A DNA stretch of 64,000 bases from an uncultured Bacilli bacterium (GTDB lineage Bacteria; Bacillota_I; Bacilli_A; RFN20; CAG-826): NCBI GenBank assembly GCA_905236715.1, contig CAJOMQ010000007.1, positions 3,254-67,253 of the forward strand, given 5' to 3'. Below are positions 35,800 through 45,036 of the stretch, in pieces (the first letter of the stretch is position 1; each line of letters starts with the position of its first letter). The notes beneath the pieces are model-generated. The model made no database searches. It was not told where the DNA came from and saw only the letters and a list, made by a program, of their open reading frames with translations. Position numbers and translations under genes: made by a program.

Positions 35800-36876
35800 A
35801 TGAATACACCCACAAAAATTACTATCTCTCGTATTGCTGCTATTGTCATTATTGTTGTGACTTTATTTGTGTTTTCTATCATCAGTCAAACCAATCCTGA
35901 TTTTGTCATTCCCAATATTGGTAACACGGGCATAAATTGGTTATATCTTGGTTTATTTGTGTTTTTCTTATTAGCGTCATTTACCGATTTTTTGGATGGT
36001 TTTTTAGCCAGAAAAAATCACCAAGTGACTGATTTAGGAAAATTTTTAGACCCCGTTGCTGATAAATTATTAGTCAATTCCATGGTCATCTTTTTGGTTT
36101 TCCCATGGCGTTTTGTGCCTGATCAAATGACCTTCTCTATTTGGTGTGCGATTATTCTTGTCGGTCGTGACATTGTCGTTGACGCTTTAAGATTTATTGC
36201 CGCGCAAAAAGGAGTGGTTATCGCCGCGAATATTTTTGGTAAAGTCAAAACCGTCTTAGAGATGGTGGCTATATGTTTAGTTTTATTAAATAGCTGGCCA
36301 TTTAATTATTTTGACAACCATTGGGTTGCGAAATCATTCGTCTATTTAGCGACATTAGCCTCTTTTGTTTCTGGCTTAATTTATGTCATCCAAAATCGTC
36401 ATGTTTTCAAAGAAAATAAATTCAATACGAAAAATCTCAAAGAATATTTTGTGCAAGAAGGTAAAACATTAGGTTCTATTGAATCCTTTACTGGTGGTTT
36501 ATTCGCTAGTGAAATAACCAAAATCGCCGGTGCCAGTAATTACTTCAAAGGCACGATGGTGACCTACGCTAGTGAAGAAAAAGAAAGATTATTAGATATT
36601 CCTCATGATGAAATAGGAAAATATGGAGTGGTGAGTGAACAAATAGCCTACGCGATGGCGGAAAAAGGTCGTCAAAAACTACAAGTTGATGTCTGTGTTT
36701 CCTTTACTGGTAATGCGGGACCAACCGCCATGGAAGATAAGCCTGTGGGAGAAATATATATTGGTATTTCTGATGCTTCTGGTACCAAAGTCTTCCCATA
36801 TCAACTTTCTGGTAATCGAAAAAATATTCAGACACAAGCTATAAGCTTGGCGATTGAACAATTATTAAAAAAATAA
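35800..36876 (+). CDS. pgsA: Fusion protein: CDP-diacylglycerol-glycerol-3-phosphate 3-phosphatidyltransferase (PgsA) plus a CinA C-terminal (PncC-like deamidase) domain
   Basis: The N-terminal CDP-alcohol phosphatidyltransferase motif is DFLDGFLARKNHQVTDLGKFLDPVADK. The C-terminal ~160 aa carry ESFTGG and SFTGNAGP, which are typical of CinA-C. Confidence 0.8.
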   Translation: MNTPTKITISRIAAIVIIVVTLFVFSIISQTNPDFVIPNIGNTGINWLYLGLFVFFLLASFTDFLDGFLARKNHQVTDLGKFLDPVADKLLVNSMVIFLVFPWRFVPDQMTFSIWCAIILVGRDIVVDALRFIAAQKGVVIAANIFGKVKTVLEMVAICLVLLNSWPFNYFDNHWVAKSFVYLATLASFVSGLIYVIQNRHVFKENKFNTKNLKEYFVQEGKTLGSIESFTGGLFASEITKIAGASNYFKGTMVTYASEEKERLLDIPHDEIGKYGVVSEQIAYAMAEKGRQKLQVDVCVSFTGNAGPTAMEDKPVGEIYIGISDASGTKVFPYQLSGNRKNIQTQAISLAIEQLLKK

Positions 36877-36890
36877 AAAAAATAAAAAAA

Positions 36891-36905
36891 TTTTGGTAAA
36901 AATGC
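36891..36905 (+). promoter_or_regulatory. Extended -10-like element TTTTGGTAAAATGC-type 15-mer (TTTTGGTAAAAATGC) upstream of recA; identical copy at 44985-44999
   Basis: An exact 15-nt match occurs at two sites. It contains TG-N-TAAAAT. Confidence 0.4.
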
Positions 36906-36944
36906 AAAAAACGTCCCTATAAGGTAAGTAGAGAGGTAAAAATT

Positions 36945-37955
36945 ATGGCAAAAGAAAAAAATGATAACACTGTCAATCTAGAAGACACGCTCAGAGAGAT
37001 TCAAAAGATGTTTGGTAAAGGCTCGGTCATGAAATTAGGTGACCGTGAAGCCGTCGATGTCGATGTCATCCCCAGTGGCTCCCTTTTATTAGACGAAGCC
37101 CTTGGTGTAGGTGGCTATCCAAAAGGCCGTATTATTGAAATCTATGGTCCTGAAAGTAGTGGTAAAACCACTTTAGCTTTACACGCGATTGCCGAATGTC
37201 AAAAGAAAGGTGGCCGCGCTGCTTTTATCGATGCCGAGCATGCAATTGATCCTGTCTATGCGAAAAACTTGGGTGTTGATATTGACGAATTAATTCTTTC
37301 TCAACCTGATAGTGGCGAACAAGCTTTGGAAATCGTCCAAATGCTCGCTGATAGCGGTGGCATCTCATTAATCATCGTTGACTCCGTGGCCGCTTTAGTG
37401 CCACAAGCGGAATTAGATGGTGAGATGGGTGATAATTCGGTCGGTTTACAAGCCCGTTTAATGTCTAAGGCTATGCGTAAATTAGCCGCTATTCTTAACA
37501 AGAAAGAATGCGCTGTCATCTTCATTAACCAATTAAGAGAAAAAGTTGGTGTGATGTATGGTAATCCAGAAACCACTTCTGGTGGTAGAGCGTTAAAATT
37601 CTATGCTTCCATTCGTATTGATATTCGTCGTACCGAAGCCTTGAAACAAGGCACCAATATTTATGGCAATACCGTGCGTGTGAAAGTGGTGAAAAATAAA
37701 GTGGCGCCACCATTCAAGCAATGTGATATGGATATCATCTATGGCCAAGGTATTTCCAAAGAAAGCGAAATCCTTGACCGCGCTGTCGAATTAGAAATCA
37801 TCCATAAGAGTGGTGCCTGGTTCGAATATAAAGGTGAAAAAATTGCCCAAGGTCGTGAAGCCGCTAAAACATATATCAAAGAAAATGAAGATGTGATGGA
37901 AGAACTTCTCGGCAAGATCAAAGAAGCCAAAGAAAAAGAATTACCAAACGAATAA
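36945..37955 (+). CDS. recA: Recombinase RecA
   Basis: Motifs are [18 protein letters not shown] and FINQLREK. Confidence 0.97.
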   Translation: MAKEKNDNTVNLEDTLREIQKMFGKGSVMKLGDREAVDVDVIPSGSLLLDEALGVGGYPKGRIIEIYGPESSGKTTLALHAIAECQKKGGRAAFIDAEHAIDPVYAKNLGVDIDELILSQPDSGEQALEIVQMLADSGGISLIIVDSVAALVPQAELDGEMGDNSVGLQARLMSKAMRKLAAILNKKECAVIFINQLREKVGVMYGNPETTSGGRALKFYASIRIDIRRTEALKQGTNIYGNTVRVKVVKNKVAPPFKQCDMDIIYGQGISKESEILDRAVELEIIHKSGAWFEYKGEKIAQGREAAKTYIKENEDVMEELLGKIKEAKEKELPNE

Positions 37956-37968
37956 AATAGTGTTATCA

Positions 37969-37996
37969 AAAGCGTTCCTCCGCGGAGCGCTTTTTC
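37969..37996 (+). terminator. Probable terminator after recA
   Basis: An imperfect hairpin AGCG..CTCCGCGGAG.CGCT is followed by TTTTT. Confidence 0.5.
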
Positions 37997-38228
37997 TATG
38001 GAGAAAATATAATATTTTAGTTTGCCTTTTCCGCACCTGCTCACGTATAATGTAGGCGTACCTACTCGGTACTTATCTATATATTCTCAATAGAGAACCT
38101 TATTATCAGGCCTAGCCTGTTACATATATCTAAACTCTACGCTCACGAGGGATAAGTGGGGTTTTTAGGTAAGATATTTTGAGAGTATCATAATTTTTAG
38201 TCTATGACTAAAAGAAAGGAAATATGAC

Positions 38229-39812
38229 ATGACAGGTAAAATTTTAGCAGCTGATAGCAGCATGTTAATTTGGTTGCCCATCGTTTGCGCTGTCGTCGGT
38301 ATTTTAATCGGCATGGCGGTGGTTTTCTTTATTCCCTTCTTTAAAAAACAAAGAGCGAATAAGAATGCCCAAAAGATTTTACGCGATGCGGAAATCAAAG
38401 CGGAACACATTACCAAAAACGCACAGTTAGATGGCAAACAAACTGTGTATGAAATGAAACAAGAAGCCAACAAGGAAATCCAAGAAAGGAAAAGAGAAGT
38501 CGCCGATCAAGAAAGAAATTTGTTACAACGTGAACAAAATATTGATCGTCGTGATGGTCAATTAACCCAAAAGGAAAAAGCGATTGATGACAAAAACGAA
38601 CTATTAAATAGGCGTTTAAAGGAAGTCGATAAGAAAGAAGCTACTTTACAAGAAAAAATCGATAGCATTATTTCCGAACTTGAAAAAGTGGCCCAGATGA
38701 CCACCCAAGAAGCTAAAGACGAACTCTTTGCCCGTGTGGAATCGAAAGTTTCCAAAGAAATCGCTCTCTTTGTAAAGAACAAAGAAGAAGAAGCCAAAGA
38801 AGAATGTGAAGAAAAAGCCAGAGAAATGCTTTCCATGGCGATGAGCAAATTTGCCCAAGATACCGTGCAAGAAAGAACCGTTTCTGTGGTGGCTTTACCA
38901 AACGATGAAATGAAGGGTCGTATCATCGGTAGAGAAGGTCGTAACATCCGTTCTTTAGAACAATTATTAGGTGTGGATTTAATTATTGATGACACTCCGG
39001 AAGTTATTACTATTTCTTCTTTTAATCCGATTAGAAGAGAAATCGCTAGAATGTCTCTTGAAGCTTTAATTAAAGACGGCCGTATCCAACCTGGTAGAAT
39101 TGAAGAAATCGTCGAAAAATGCAAAAAAGAACTCGATGAAACCATTCATAAAACCGGTCAAGAAGTGGCCTTCAAATTGGGCTTACCAAGAATCAATAAA
39201 GAATTACTCGACTATGTCGGTAGATTAAAATATCGTACATCATATGGCCAAAACGCTCTCGACCATTCCGTGGAAGTTGCCCTTTTATGTGGCTCCATGG
39301 CCGCCGAACTTGGCTTAGATCAAAATTTAGCCAAACGCGCTGGCTTATTACACGATATCGGCAAAGCCTGTGATTTTGAAAGTGATGGCAGTCACGTAGA
39401 AATCGGTGCTCGCTTAGCGAAAAAATATGGTGAACCCGATGTCGTTATTAATGCGATTGAATCTCACCATGGTGATGCCGAAGCTAAATACATCATTTCT
39501 TATCTTGTCCAAGCTGCTGATACCTTATCCGCGGCGAGACCCGGTGCCAGAAGTGAAATTTTAGAAAATTACATCAAGAGAATTGAACAATTAGAAACCA
39601 TCTGTAATTCTTATGAAGGTGTCTATCAAAGCTATGCTTTACAATCCGGACGTGAATTACGTGTGATGGTGGCGTTTGATAAGATCGATGATATTGGTGC
39701 ATTCCAATTAGCCAAAGAAATTAAAGAAAGAATCGAAAACGAAATGACCTATCCTGGTCAAATCAAGATTAATGTTATTCGCGAATTCCGCGCGACAGAA
39801 GTGGCGAAATAA
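38229..39812 (+). CDS. rny: Ribonuclease Y
   Basis: An N-terminal TM helix and a coiled coil are followed by a KH domain ([12 protein letters not shown]) and an HD domain (LLHDIGK, ESHHG). Confidence 0.95.
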   Translation: MTGKILAADSSMLIWLPIVCAVVGILIGMAVVFFIPFFKKQRANKNAQKILRDAEIKAEHITKNAQLDGKQTVYEMKQEANKEIQERKREVADQERNLLQREQNIDRRDGQLTQKEKAIDDKNELLNRRLKEVDKKEATLQEKIDSIISELEKVAQMTTQEAKDELFARVESKVSKEIALFVKNKEEEAKEECEEKAREMLSMAMSKFAQDTVQERTVSVVALPNDEMKGRIIGREGRNIRSLEQLLGVDLIIDDTPEVITISSFNPIRREIARMSLEALIKDGRIQPGRIEEIVEKCKKELDETIHKTGQEVAFKLGLPRINKELLDYVGRLKYRTSYGQNALDHSVEVALLCGSMAAELGLDQNLAKRAGLLHDIGKACDFESDGSHVEIGARLAKKYGEPDVVINAIESHHGDAEAKYIISYLVQAADTLSAARPGARSEILENYIKRIEQLETICNSYEGVYQSYALQSGRELRVMVAFDKIDDIGAFQLAKEIKERIENEMTYPGQIKINVIREFRATEVAK

Positions 39813-39834
39813 CCACTTATAGAAAGAAGTTTGT

Positions 39835-40620
39835 TTGAAGGTATTATTTATCGGTGACATAGTCGGCCGTATTGGTCGACGTATGGTAAAAGAAAAAGTT
39901 CCCTATTACGTGGACAAATATAATATTGATTTTGTTATCGCTAATGGGGAAAACGCTACGCATGGCAAGGGCTTAATCCGTCAGCATTATCATGAACTCC
40001 TCGATAGTGGGGTGGATGTCATTACATTAGGCAATCATTACGATAGCAAAAATGAAATTCAACGCTATATCAATAACGCTGATCGTCTCTTACGTCCTGT
40101 TAATCTCCTCCATGATTATCCCGGTGTGGGAACCGAGATTTATGATTTAGATGGTTATTCTATCCGCATCACTAATCTCATGGGTAGTGTCTTTATGGGA
40201 GAAGATGTTAATTCTCCCTATCTAGCGATGTTAAACATCTTAGCGGAAGAAGAACCGGCAAATATTCACATTATTGATTTCCATGCGGAAGCAACGGGTG
40301 AAAAACAATCTCTCGCTTTTGCTTTAGATGGGAAAGTATCCGCAGTGTTAGGAACTCATACACATGTGCAAACTAATGACGCACACGTCTTGCCTCAAGG
40401 TACTGCATTTATCTCCGATGTGGGGATGTGTGGATTCGCTGACGGTGTTTTAGGTAATAGTGTGGAAACCGTGGTACCGAAAATCCTCTATGGTGAAAAA
40501 TCACGTTTTTCTCCACCTGATGAAGGAAGAGGTGTATTCTCCGCGGTAGTCATCGACATTGATGAAAATACTGGTAAATCCCGTTCTATTTTCTCAATCA
40601 ATTTCCAAGAAGAAGTATGA
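39835..40620 (+). CDS. ymdB: YmdB-family metallophosphoesterase (2',3'-cyclic-nucleotide phosphodiesterase)
   Basis: Motifs are FIGDIVGR.GR, ANGENATHGKG and DFHAEATGEK. The start is TTG. It is adjacent to rny, as in Bacillus. Confidence 0.88.
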   Translation: MKVLFIGDIVGRIGRRMVKEKVPYYVDKYNIDFVIANGENATHGKGLIRQHYHELLDSGVDVITLGNHYDSKNEIQRYINNADRLLRPVNLLHDYPGVGTEIYDLDGYSIRITNLMGSVFMGEDVNSPYLAMLNILAEEEPANIHIIDFHAEATGEKQSLAFALDGKVSAVLGTHTHVQTNDAHVLPQGTAFISDVGMCGFADGVLGNSVETVVPKILYGEKSRFSPPDEGRGVFSAVVIDIDENTGKSRSIFSINFQEEV

Positions 40621-42056
40621 AAACAAAAATTATTAACGCTCCTGATTTACATAAAGCGGCCTCTCGTCAAAAAGGGGAGACTTTATTTAAGTCCGCTTCT
40701 ATTTTGCATAAACAAGAGAGTCAATCTCTTTTAAATGGCAAGAAATATTATATTCGTACTTATGGTTGCCAAGCGAATGTTCGTGATGAAGAGACAATGC
40801 GTGGCTTATTAGAAGACATTGGCATGTGGCAAATTGATAAACCAGAAGAGGCAGATGTCATTATCATCAATACGTGTGCAGTAAGAGAAAATGCTGAAGA
40901 TAAAGTCTATGGTGAAGTAGGGAATTTAAAAATCTTACGTAAGAAAAATAAAAAACTCGTCTTAGCCATCTGCGGCTGTATGGTGGAACAACCCGAAATT
41001 TTGGAACGTTTGATGAAGACTTTCCCCGAAATTAATTTATTTTTTGGCACACATGAAATTGACCAATTATATGATTTGCTCTATCAAACATTAACGAGTG
41101 AAGAAAGAATTGTTTCTATCGAATCAAAAGCGGGAGAAGTTATTGAAGGATTACCTTCTGCAAGAAACAATCACTATAAAGCGTATGTTGATATTATTTA
41201 TGGCTGTAATAAATTCTGCACTTATTGCATCGTCCCATATACCAGAGGTAAAGAAAGAAGCCGTCATTTTTCTGACATTATCAAAGAATGCCAAAATTTA
41301 ATTGATATGGGCTATCAAGAAATTACTCTTCTTGGTCAAAATGTCAATGCTTATGGCAAAGACCTTGATGAAGGAAAAGATTTCGCTGACTTATTAGAAG
41401 CGGTGGCTAAGTTAGGGATACCTCGTTTGAGATTTACGACTTCTCATCCCTGGGATTTCTCTAGCAAAATGATTGATATCATTGCTAAATACCCCAATAT
41501 TTGTAAATTTATTCACCTTCCTGTGCAATCCGGAAATGACGAGATTTTAAAAATCATGGGTCGTCGATATACCAGAGAACAATATTTAAATTTGGTAAAA
41601 GAAATGCGCGCAAAAATCCCTGGTTTATCCTTATCCACGGATATTATTGTGGGTTTCCCTAACGAAACGGAAGAGCAATTTAATGACACCGTCTCACTAG
41701 TGGATATCGTTAAATATGAAGCCGCTTATACGTTTATTTATTCACCACGTAAAGGGACACCTGCGGCGAGAATGGAAGATAACGTTTCTTATGATGAAAA
41801 GGTCAGAAGATTTAAAATCTTAGTCCAACATTTAGAAAAGAATATTGAAAAACATTCTGAATCTTTGGTTGGCAAAGTAGTGGATATTCTCGTTGATGGA
41901 CCTAGTAAGACCGATCCCAATATGCTTTCGGGTTACACAGATGAAAATAAATTAGTGCATTTCCCTGGTGATTCCTCCTTAATTGGCACGATTACCAAAG
42001 TTAAAATCATTTCTTCACATACTTATTCCATGATGGGGGAATTATATCGTGGATAA
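40617..42056 (+). CDS. miaB: tRNA-2-methylthio-N6-dimethylallyladenosine synthase MiaB
   Basis: The N-terminal cluster motif is TYGCQANVRDEE and the radical SAM motif is CNKFCTYC. A C-terminal TRAM domain is present. Confidence 0.85.
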   Translation: MKTKIINAPDLHKAASRQKGETLFKSASILHKQESQSLLNGKKYYIRTYGCQANVRDEETMRGLLEDIGMWQIDKPEEADVIIINTCAVRENAEDKVYGEVGNLKILRKKNKKLVLAICGCMVEQPEILERLMKTFPEINLFFGTHEIDQLYDLLYQTLTSEERIVSIESKAGEVIEGLPSARNNHYKAYVDIIYGCNKFCTYCIVPYTRGKERSRHFSDIIKECQNLIDMGYQEITLLGQNVNAYGKDLDEGKDFADLLEAVAKLGIPRLRFTTSHPWDFSSKMIDIIAKYPNICKFIHLPVQSGNDEILKIMGRRYTREQYLNLVKEMRAKIPGLSLSTDIIVGFPNETEEQFNDTVSLVDIVKYEAAYTFIYSPRKGTPAARMEDNVSYDEKVRRFKILVQHLEKNIEKHSESLVGKVVDILVDGPSKTDPNMLSGYTDENKLVHFPGDSSLIGTITKVKIISSHTYSMMGELYRG

Positions 42057-42324
42057 GGTTATTGAATTAGCCAAAGAACTAAAGCAAAACATCGATGAAT
42101 TACCAGAGATGAAAGAATATCTTCGTTTGAAAGATTTGTTAGAAAAAGATGAAGAGCTCGTGCATATGCGTCATGAAATTGCCCGTTTAAAAGCGGAAAA
42201 TAAAATTGAAGAAAGAGATAATTTATTAAAAATTTATAACGCTCATCCGTTAGTGAACAATTTCTATCTCGCTAAAGAAGAGATAACTTCGATTCTGAAA
42301 ACCATTCAAAATATTATTCAATAA
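42049..42324 (+). CDS. ymcA: YmcA/YlbF-family protein
   Basis: The protein is a 91-aa helical protein directly after miaB (ymcB), as in B. subtilis. Its pattern is YlbF-like. Confidence 0.6.
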   Translation: MDKVIELAKELKQNIDELPEMKEYLRLKDLLEKDEELVHMRHEIARLKAENKIEERDNLLKIYNAHPLVNNFYLAKEEITSILKTIQNIIQ

Positions 42325-42350
42325 ATGCGAATGTCATGTTCGCATTTTTT
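42323..42350 (+). terminator. Terminator after ymcA
   Basis: The 9-bp stem AAATGCGAA-TGTCATG-TTCGCATTT runs into a T-tract. It covers the first ATGs of track ORF 42325. Confidence 0.7.
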
Positions 42351-42366
42351 ATGCTATGATACACAT

Positions 42367-43236
42367 ATGATTTACGTCATATGTGGACCAACCGGTTCCG
42401 GAAAAACAGAAATTGCGAAAATTTTATCCGATAGATTACAAGCCCCGATTATCAACGCGGACGCTTTTCAAATTTATCAAGAGATGAATATTGGTACCGC
42501 GAAAATATCCGTAGAAGATCCTTTTTATAATCGTCATTATCTCCTTGATATTATTTCTCCCGAGAAAGATTTTTCAGTGATGGAATATCAACAATTATTC
42601 CGTGCACAAATAGAGCAATTATCTAAGCAATATAAAGATATCATTGTCTGTGGGGGAACGGGGTTATATATACGCGCAAGTGTATATGATTATGTGTTTG
42701 AAAAGAATAATCCCGATGATGTTTCCGATTTAGAAGAAATGAGTAATGACCAATTATATGATTTGCTCAAGGATCTAGACCCCGATTCTTTAAATAATAT
42801 CCACATCAATAATCGTAAAAGATTGATTAGGGCCATTAGTATAGCCCGCACGAGCGATATCACTAAAAGCGAGAATATCGCCCAACAAAAACACGAATTA
42901 ATTTATGATGATATTCGTTTTTTAATGGTTTTACCCGAAAGAGAAAAATTATATGAAAACATCAATCATCGTGTTGATCATATGTTTAATGAAGGCTTAG
43001 TGGAAGAAGTCAAAAATCTTTTAAATAAATATCAATTAAGTCGCACCGCAAAAGCGGCTATTGGCTATAAAGAAACAATTGATTATCTTGAAGGTAAAAT
43101 GAGCTTAGAAGAAGCTAAAGATTTAATCAAACAGAGAAGCCGCAATTACGCGAAAAGACAAATCACTTATTTTAAAAACCAATTGCCTGTAGAAATATAT
43201 CCAAGCAAAGAAGATTTATTAAAATCGATATCTTAA
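42367..43236 (+). CDS. miaA: tRNA dimethylallyltransferase MiaA
   Basis: The P-loop is ICGPTGSGKT. I moved the start to M15 (ATG 42367), downstream of the terminator. Confidence 0.9.
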   Translation: MIYVICGPTGSGKTEIAKILSDRLQAPIINADAFQIYQEMNIGTAKISVEDPFYNRHYLLDIISPEKDFSVMEYQQLFRAQIEQLSKQYKDIIVCGGTGLYIRASVYDYVFEKNNPDDVSDLEEMSNDQLYDLLKDLDPDSLNNIHINNRKRLIRAISIARTSDITKSENIAQQKHELIYDDIRFLMVLPEREKLYENINHRVDHMFNEGLVEEVKNLLNKYQLSRTAKAAIGYKETIDYLEGKMSLEEAKDLIKQRSRNYAKRQITYFKNQLPVEIYPSKEDLLKSIS

Positions 43237-43361
43237 AAGAAAAAGTAATAATTCCTACTTCTTATATTGCTATTCTTATTAAAAGAATAGATAATATTTT
43301 TAAGTAGATTTTTACCGATATAATCATTGTTATTAATTAATATAAATGAGGAGAGTCCGTT

Positions 43362-44966
43362 ATGAAAAACATTTATGAAATTGCGAAAAAGGCCGGCATT
43401 AAGGAAGAATATGTCATTCCTTATGGCAAAGATAAAGCCAAAATTGATTTATCTATCCGTGATGAATTAAAAAATAATCCCGATGGAAAATTAGTCTTAG
43501 TGACCGCGATTACGCCCACTAAAGCGGGTGAAGGTAAAACAACCACGTCCATTGCCTTACATGATGGACTTAATTATATTGGTATCAATTCGATGCTTTG
43601 TTTAAGAGAACCTTCCTTAGGCCCTGTTTTTGGTTTAAAAGGTGGGGCGACTGGAGGCGGTAAAGTTTCCGTTATTCCTAGCGAAGATATCAATCTCCAT
43701 TTTACCGGTGATTTGCATGCTTTAACGAGTTCAATCAACCTGATTGCCGCGGTTATTGATAATCATATTTTCCAAGGTAATGAATTAAGAATTGATCCCG
43801 AACATATCTTATGGAAGAGAGCCCTCGACATGAATGACCGCGCTTTAAGAAGTGTGACTGTCATGCAAGATGAGAAAAAAGGCACTCCTCGTCATGAAGA
43901 ATTTGTGATTACTGTGGCATCTGAATTAATGGCGATTTTTTGCTTAGCCAAAGATGAAGAAGATTTCCGTAATAGAGTGAACAATATTATTGTGGCTTTA
44001 AATTATGATGGTGAACCAGTCCGCTTAAAAGATTTAAAAATCTCTAATGCGATTATGAAACTCATGAGACAGGCTCTCAATCCTAATTTAGTACAAACAA
44101 TGGAAGGTAATCCCGCTTTTATTCATGGTGGACCATTTGCGAATATCGCTCATGGTTGTAATTCTCTTATTGCCACAAAATTAGCCTTAAAATTAGCCCC
44201 AATTGTGGTCACAGAGGCTGGCTTCGGTGCTGACTTAGGTGCGGAAAAATTCCTCGATATTAAATGTCGTGTTGGTGATTTACATCCCGATGCGGTGGTA
44301 ATGGTCGCCACTATTAGAGCGTTAAAACTCCATGGTGGTCAAGCCTATGAAGATCTTGATAATGAAAATATCGAAGCCTTATTAAAAGGGACCTGTAATT
44401 TAAAACATCATATGGAGACCATTGCTAAATACCATGTACCATGTGTGATTTGTATTAATCATTTTGCTAGTGATACCGAAAAAGAAACAGAAGCCTTAAA
44501 GAAATGGTGCTCTGATAATGGTTATGAATACGCTTTCTGCAGCGGCTTTGCTGATGGTGCGAAAGGTTGTGTTGATTTAGCTAAATTAGTGAAGAAAACA
44601 TTAGACACCAAACCCAGTAATTACGCTCCTTTATATGATGTCAATTTACCCATTAAAGAGAAAATTGAAATCATCTGTCGTGAAGTCTATGGTGCGGGTG
44701 AAGTGGTTTTTCAACCAGAAGCCTTGGAACAAATTGCTAAATATGAAGAAATGGGATTTGCCAAAACCCCAGTATGTATTGCGAAAACCCCGTTATCAAT
44801 CACTGATAATCCAAAGATTCAAGGGGCTCCACAAGGCTTTACAATTACCGTGAAGGAAATTCGTTTATCCGCAGGCGCTAATTTCATTGTTGCGTTAACT
44901 GGTAGCATTATGACCATGCCTGGTTTACCAAAAGTTCCCGCGGCGGTGAAAATGGAAGACGAATAA
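43362..44966 (+). CDS. fhs: Formate-tetrahydrofolate ligase
   Basis: Motifs are PTKAGEGKTTT and EPSLGPVFG.KGGA.GGG. Confidence 0.95.
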   Translation: MKNIYEIAKKAGIKEEYVIPYGKDKAKIDLSIRDELKNNPDGKLVLVTAITPTKAGEGKTTTSIALHDGLNYIGINSMLCLREPSLGPVFGLKGGATGGGKVSVIPSEDINLHFTGDLHALTSSINLIAAVIDNHIFQGNELRIDPEHILWKRALDMNDRALRSVTVMQDEKKGTPRHEEFVITVASELMAIFCLAKDEEDFRNRVNNIIVALNYDGEPVRLKDLKISNAIMKLMRQALNPNLVQTMEGNPAFIHGGPFANIAHGCNSLIATKLALKLAPIVVTEAGFGADLGAEKFLDIKCRVGDLHPDAVVMVATIRALKLHGGQAYEDLDNENIEALLKGTCNLKHHMETIAKYHVPCVICINHFASDTEKETEALKKWCSDNGYEYAFCSGFADGAKGCVDLAKLVKKTLDTKPSNYAPLYDVNLPIKEKIEIICREVYGAGEVVFQPEALEQIAKYEEMGFAKTPVCIAKTPLSITDNPKIQGAPQGFTITVKEIRLSAGANFIVALTGSIMTMPGLPKVPAAVKMEDE

Positions 44967-44984
44967 ATAAAATAATTAAAATAT

Positions 44985-44999
44985 TTTTGGTAAAAATGC
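44985..44999 (+). promoter_or_regulatory. Second copy of the 15-mer TTTTGGTAAAAATGC (extended -10-like), upstream of the ABC fusion genes
   Basis: It is identical to 36891-36905. Confidence 0.4.
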
Positions 45000-45005
45000 C
45001 AATTT

Positions 45006-45036
45006 TCCTCCTATGTGATTTATAGGAGGATTTTTT
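45006..45036 (+). terminator. Strong hairpin plus T6 immediately before the ABC gene ATG; the 3' arm contains the AGGAGG Shine-Dalgarno
   Basis: The 9-bp stem is TCCTCCTAT-N7-ATAGGAGGA (45006-45030). T6 spans 45031-45036 and the ATG is at 45037. Confidence 0.7.

Noticed and set aside
36877-36944. I looked for a LexA/DinR (Cheo-box, GAAC-N4-GTTC) operator upstream of recA, and examined the long A-tracts at 36868-36890.
   Set aside because: No GAAC...GTTC-type palindrome is present. The A-tracts are simple low-complexity sequence after the pgsA-cinA stop.
38558-39145. A 195-aa minus-strand ORF, plus 74-aa and 62-aa ORFs, antisense to rny. Similar antisense or alternative-frame ORFs lie inside other genes, for example 840-1031, 3506-3826, 6362-6676, 17678-17953, 22535-22858, 37301-37576, 47396-47716 and 62516-62866.
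   Set aside because: They lie entirely within strongly supported genes on the other strand or frame. Their composition is low-complexity (Ser/Leu/Phe-rich), typical of shadow ORFs in AT-rich or codon-biased genes. They have no RBS and no recognisable motifs.
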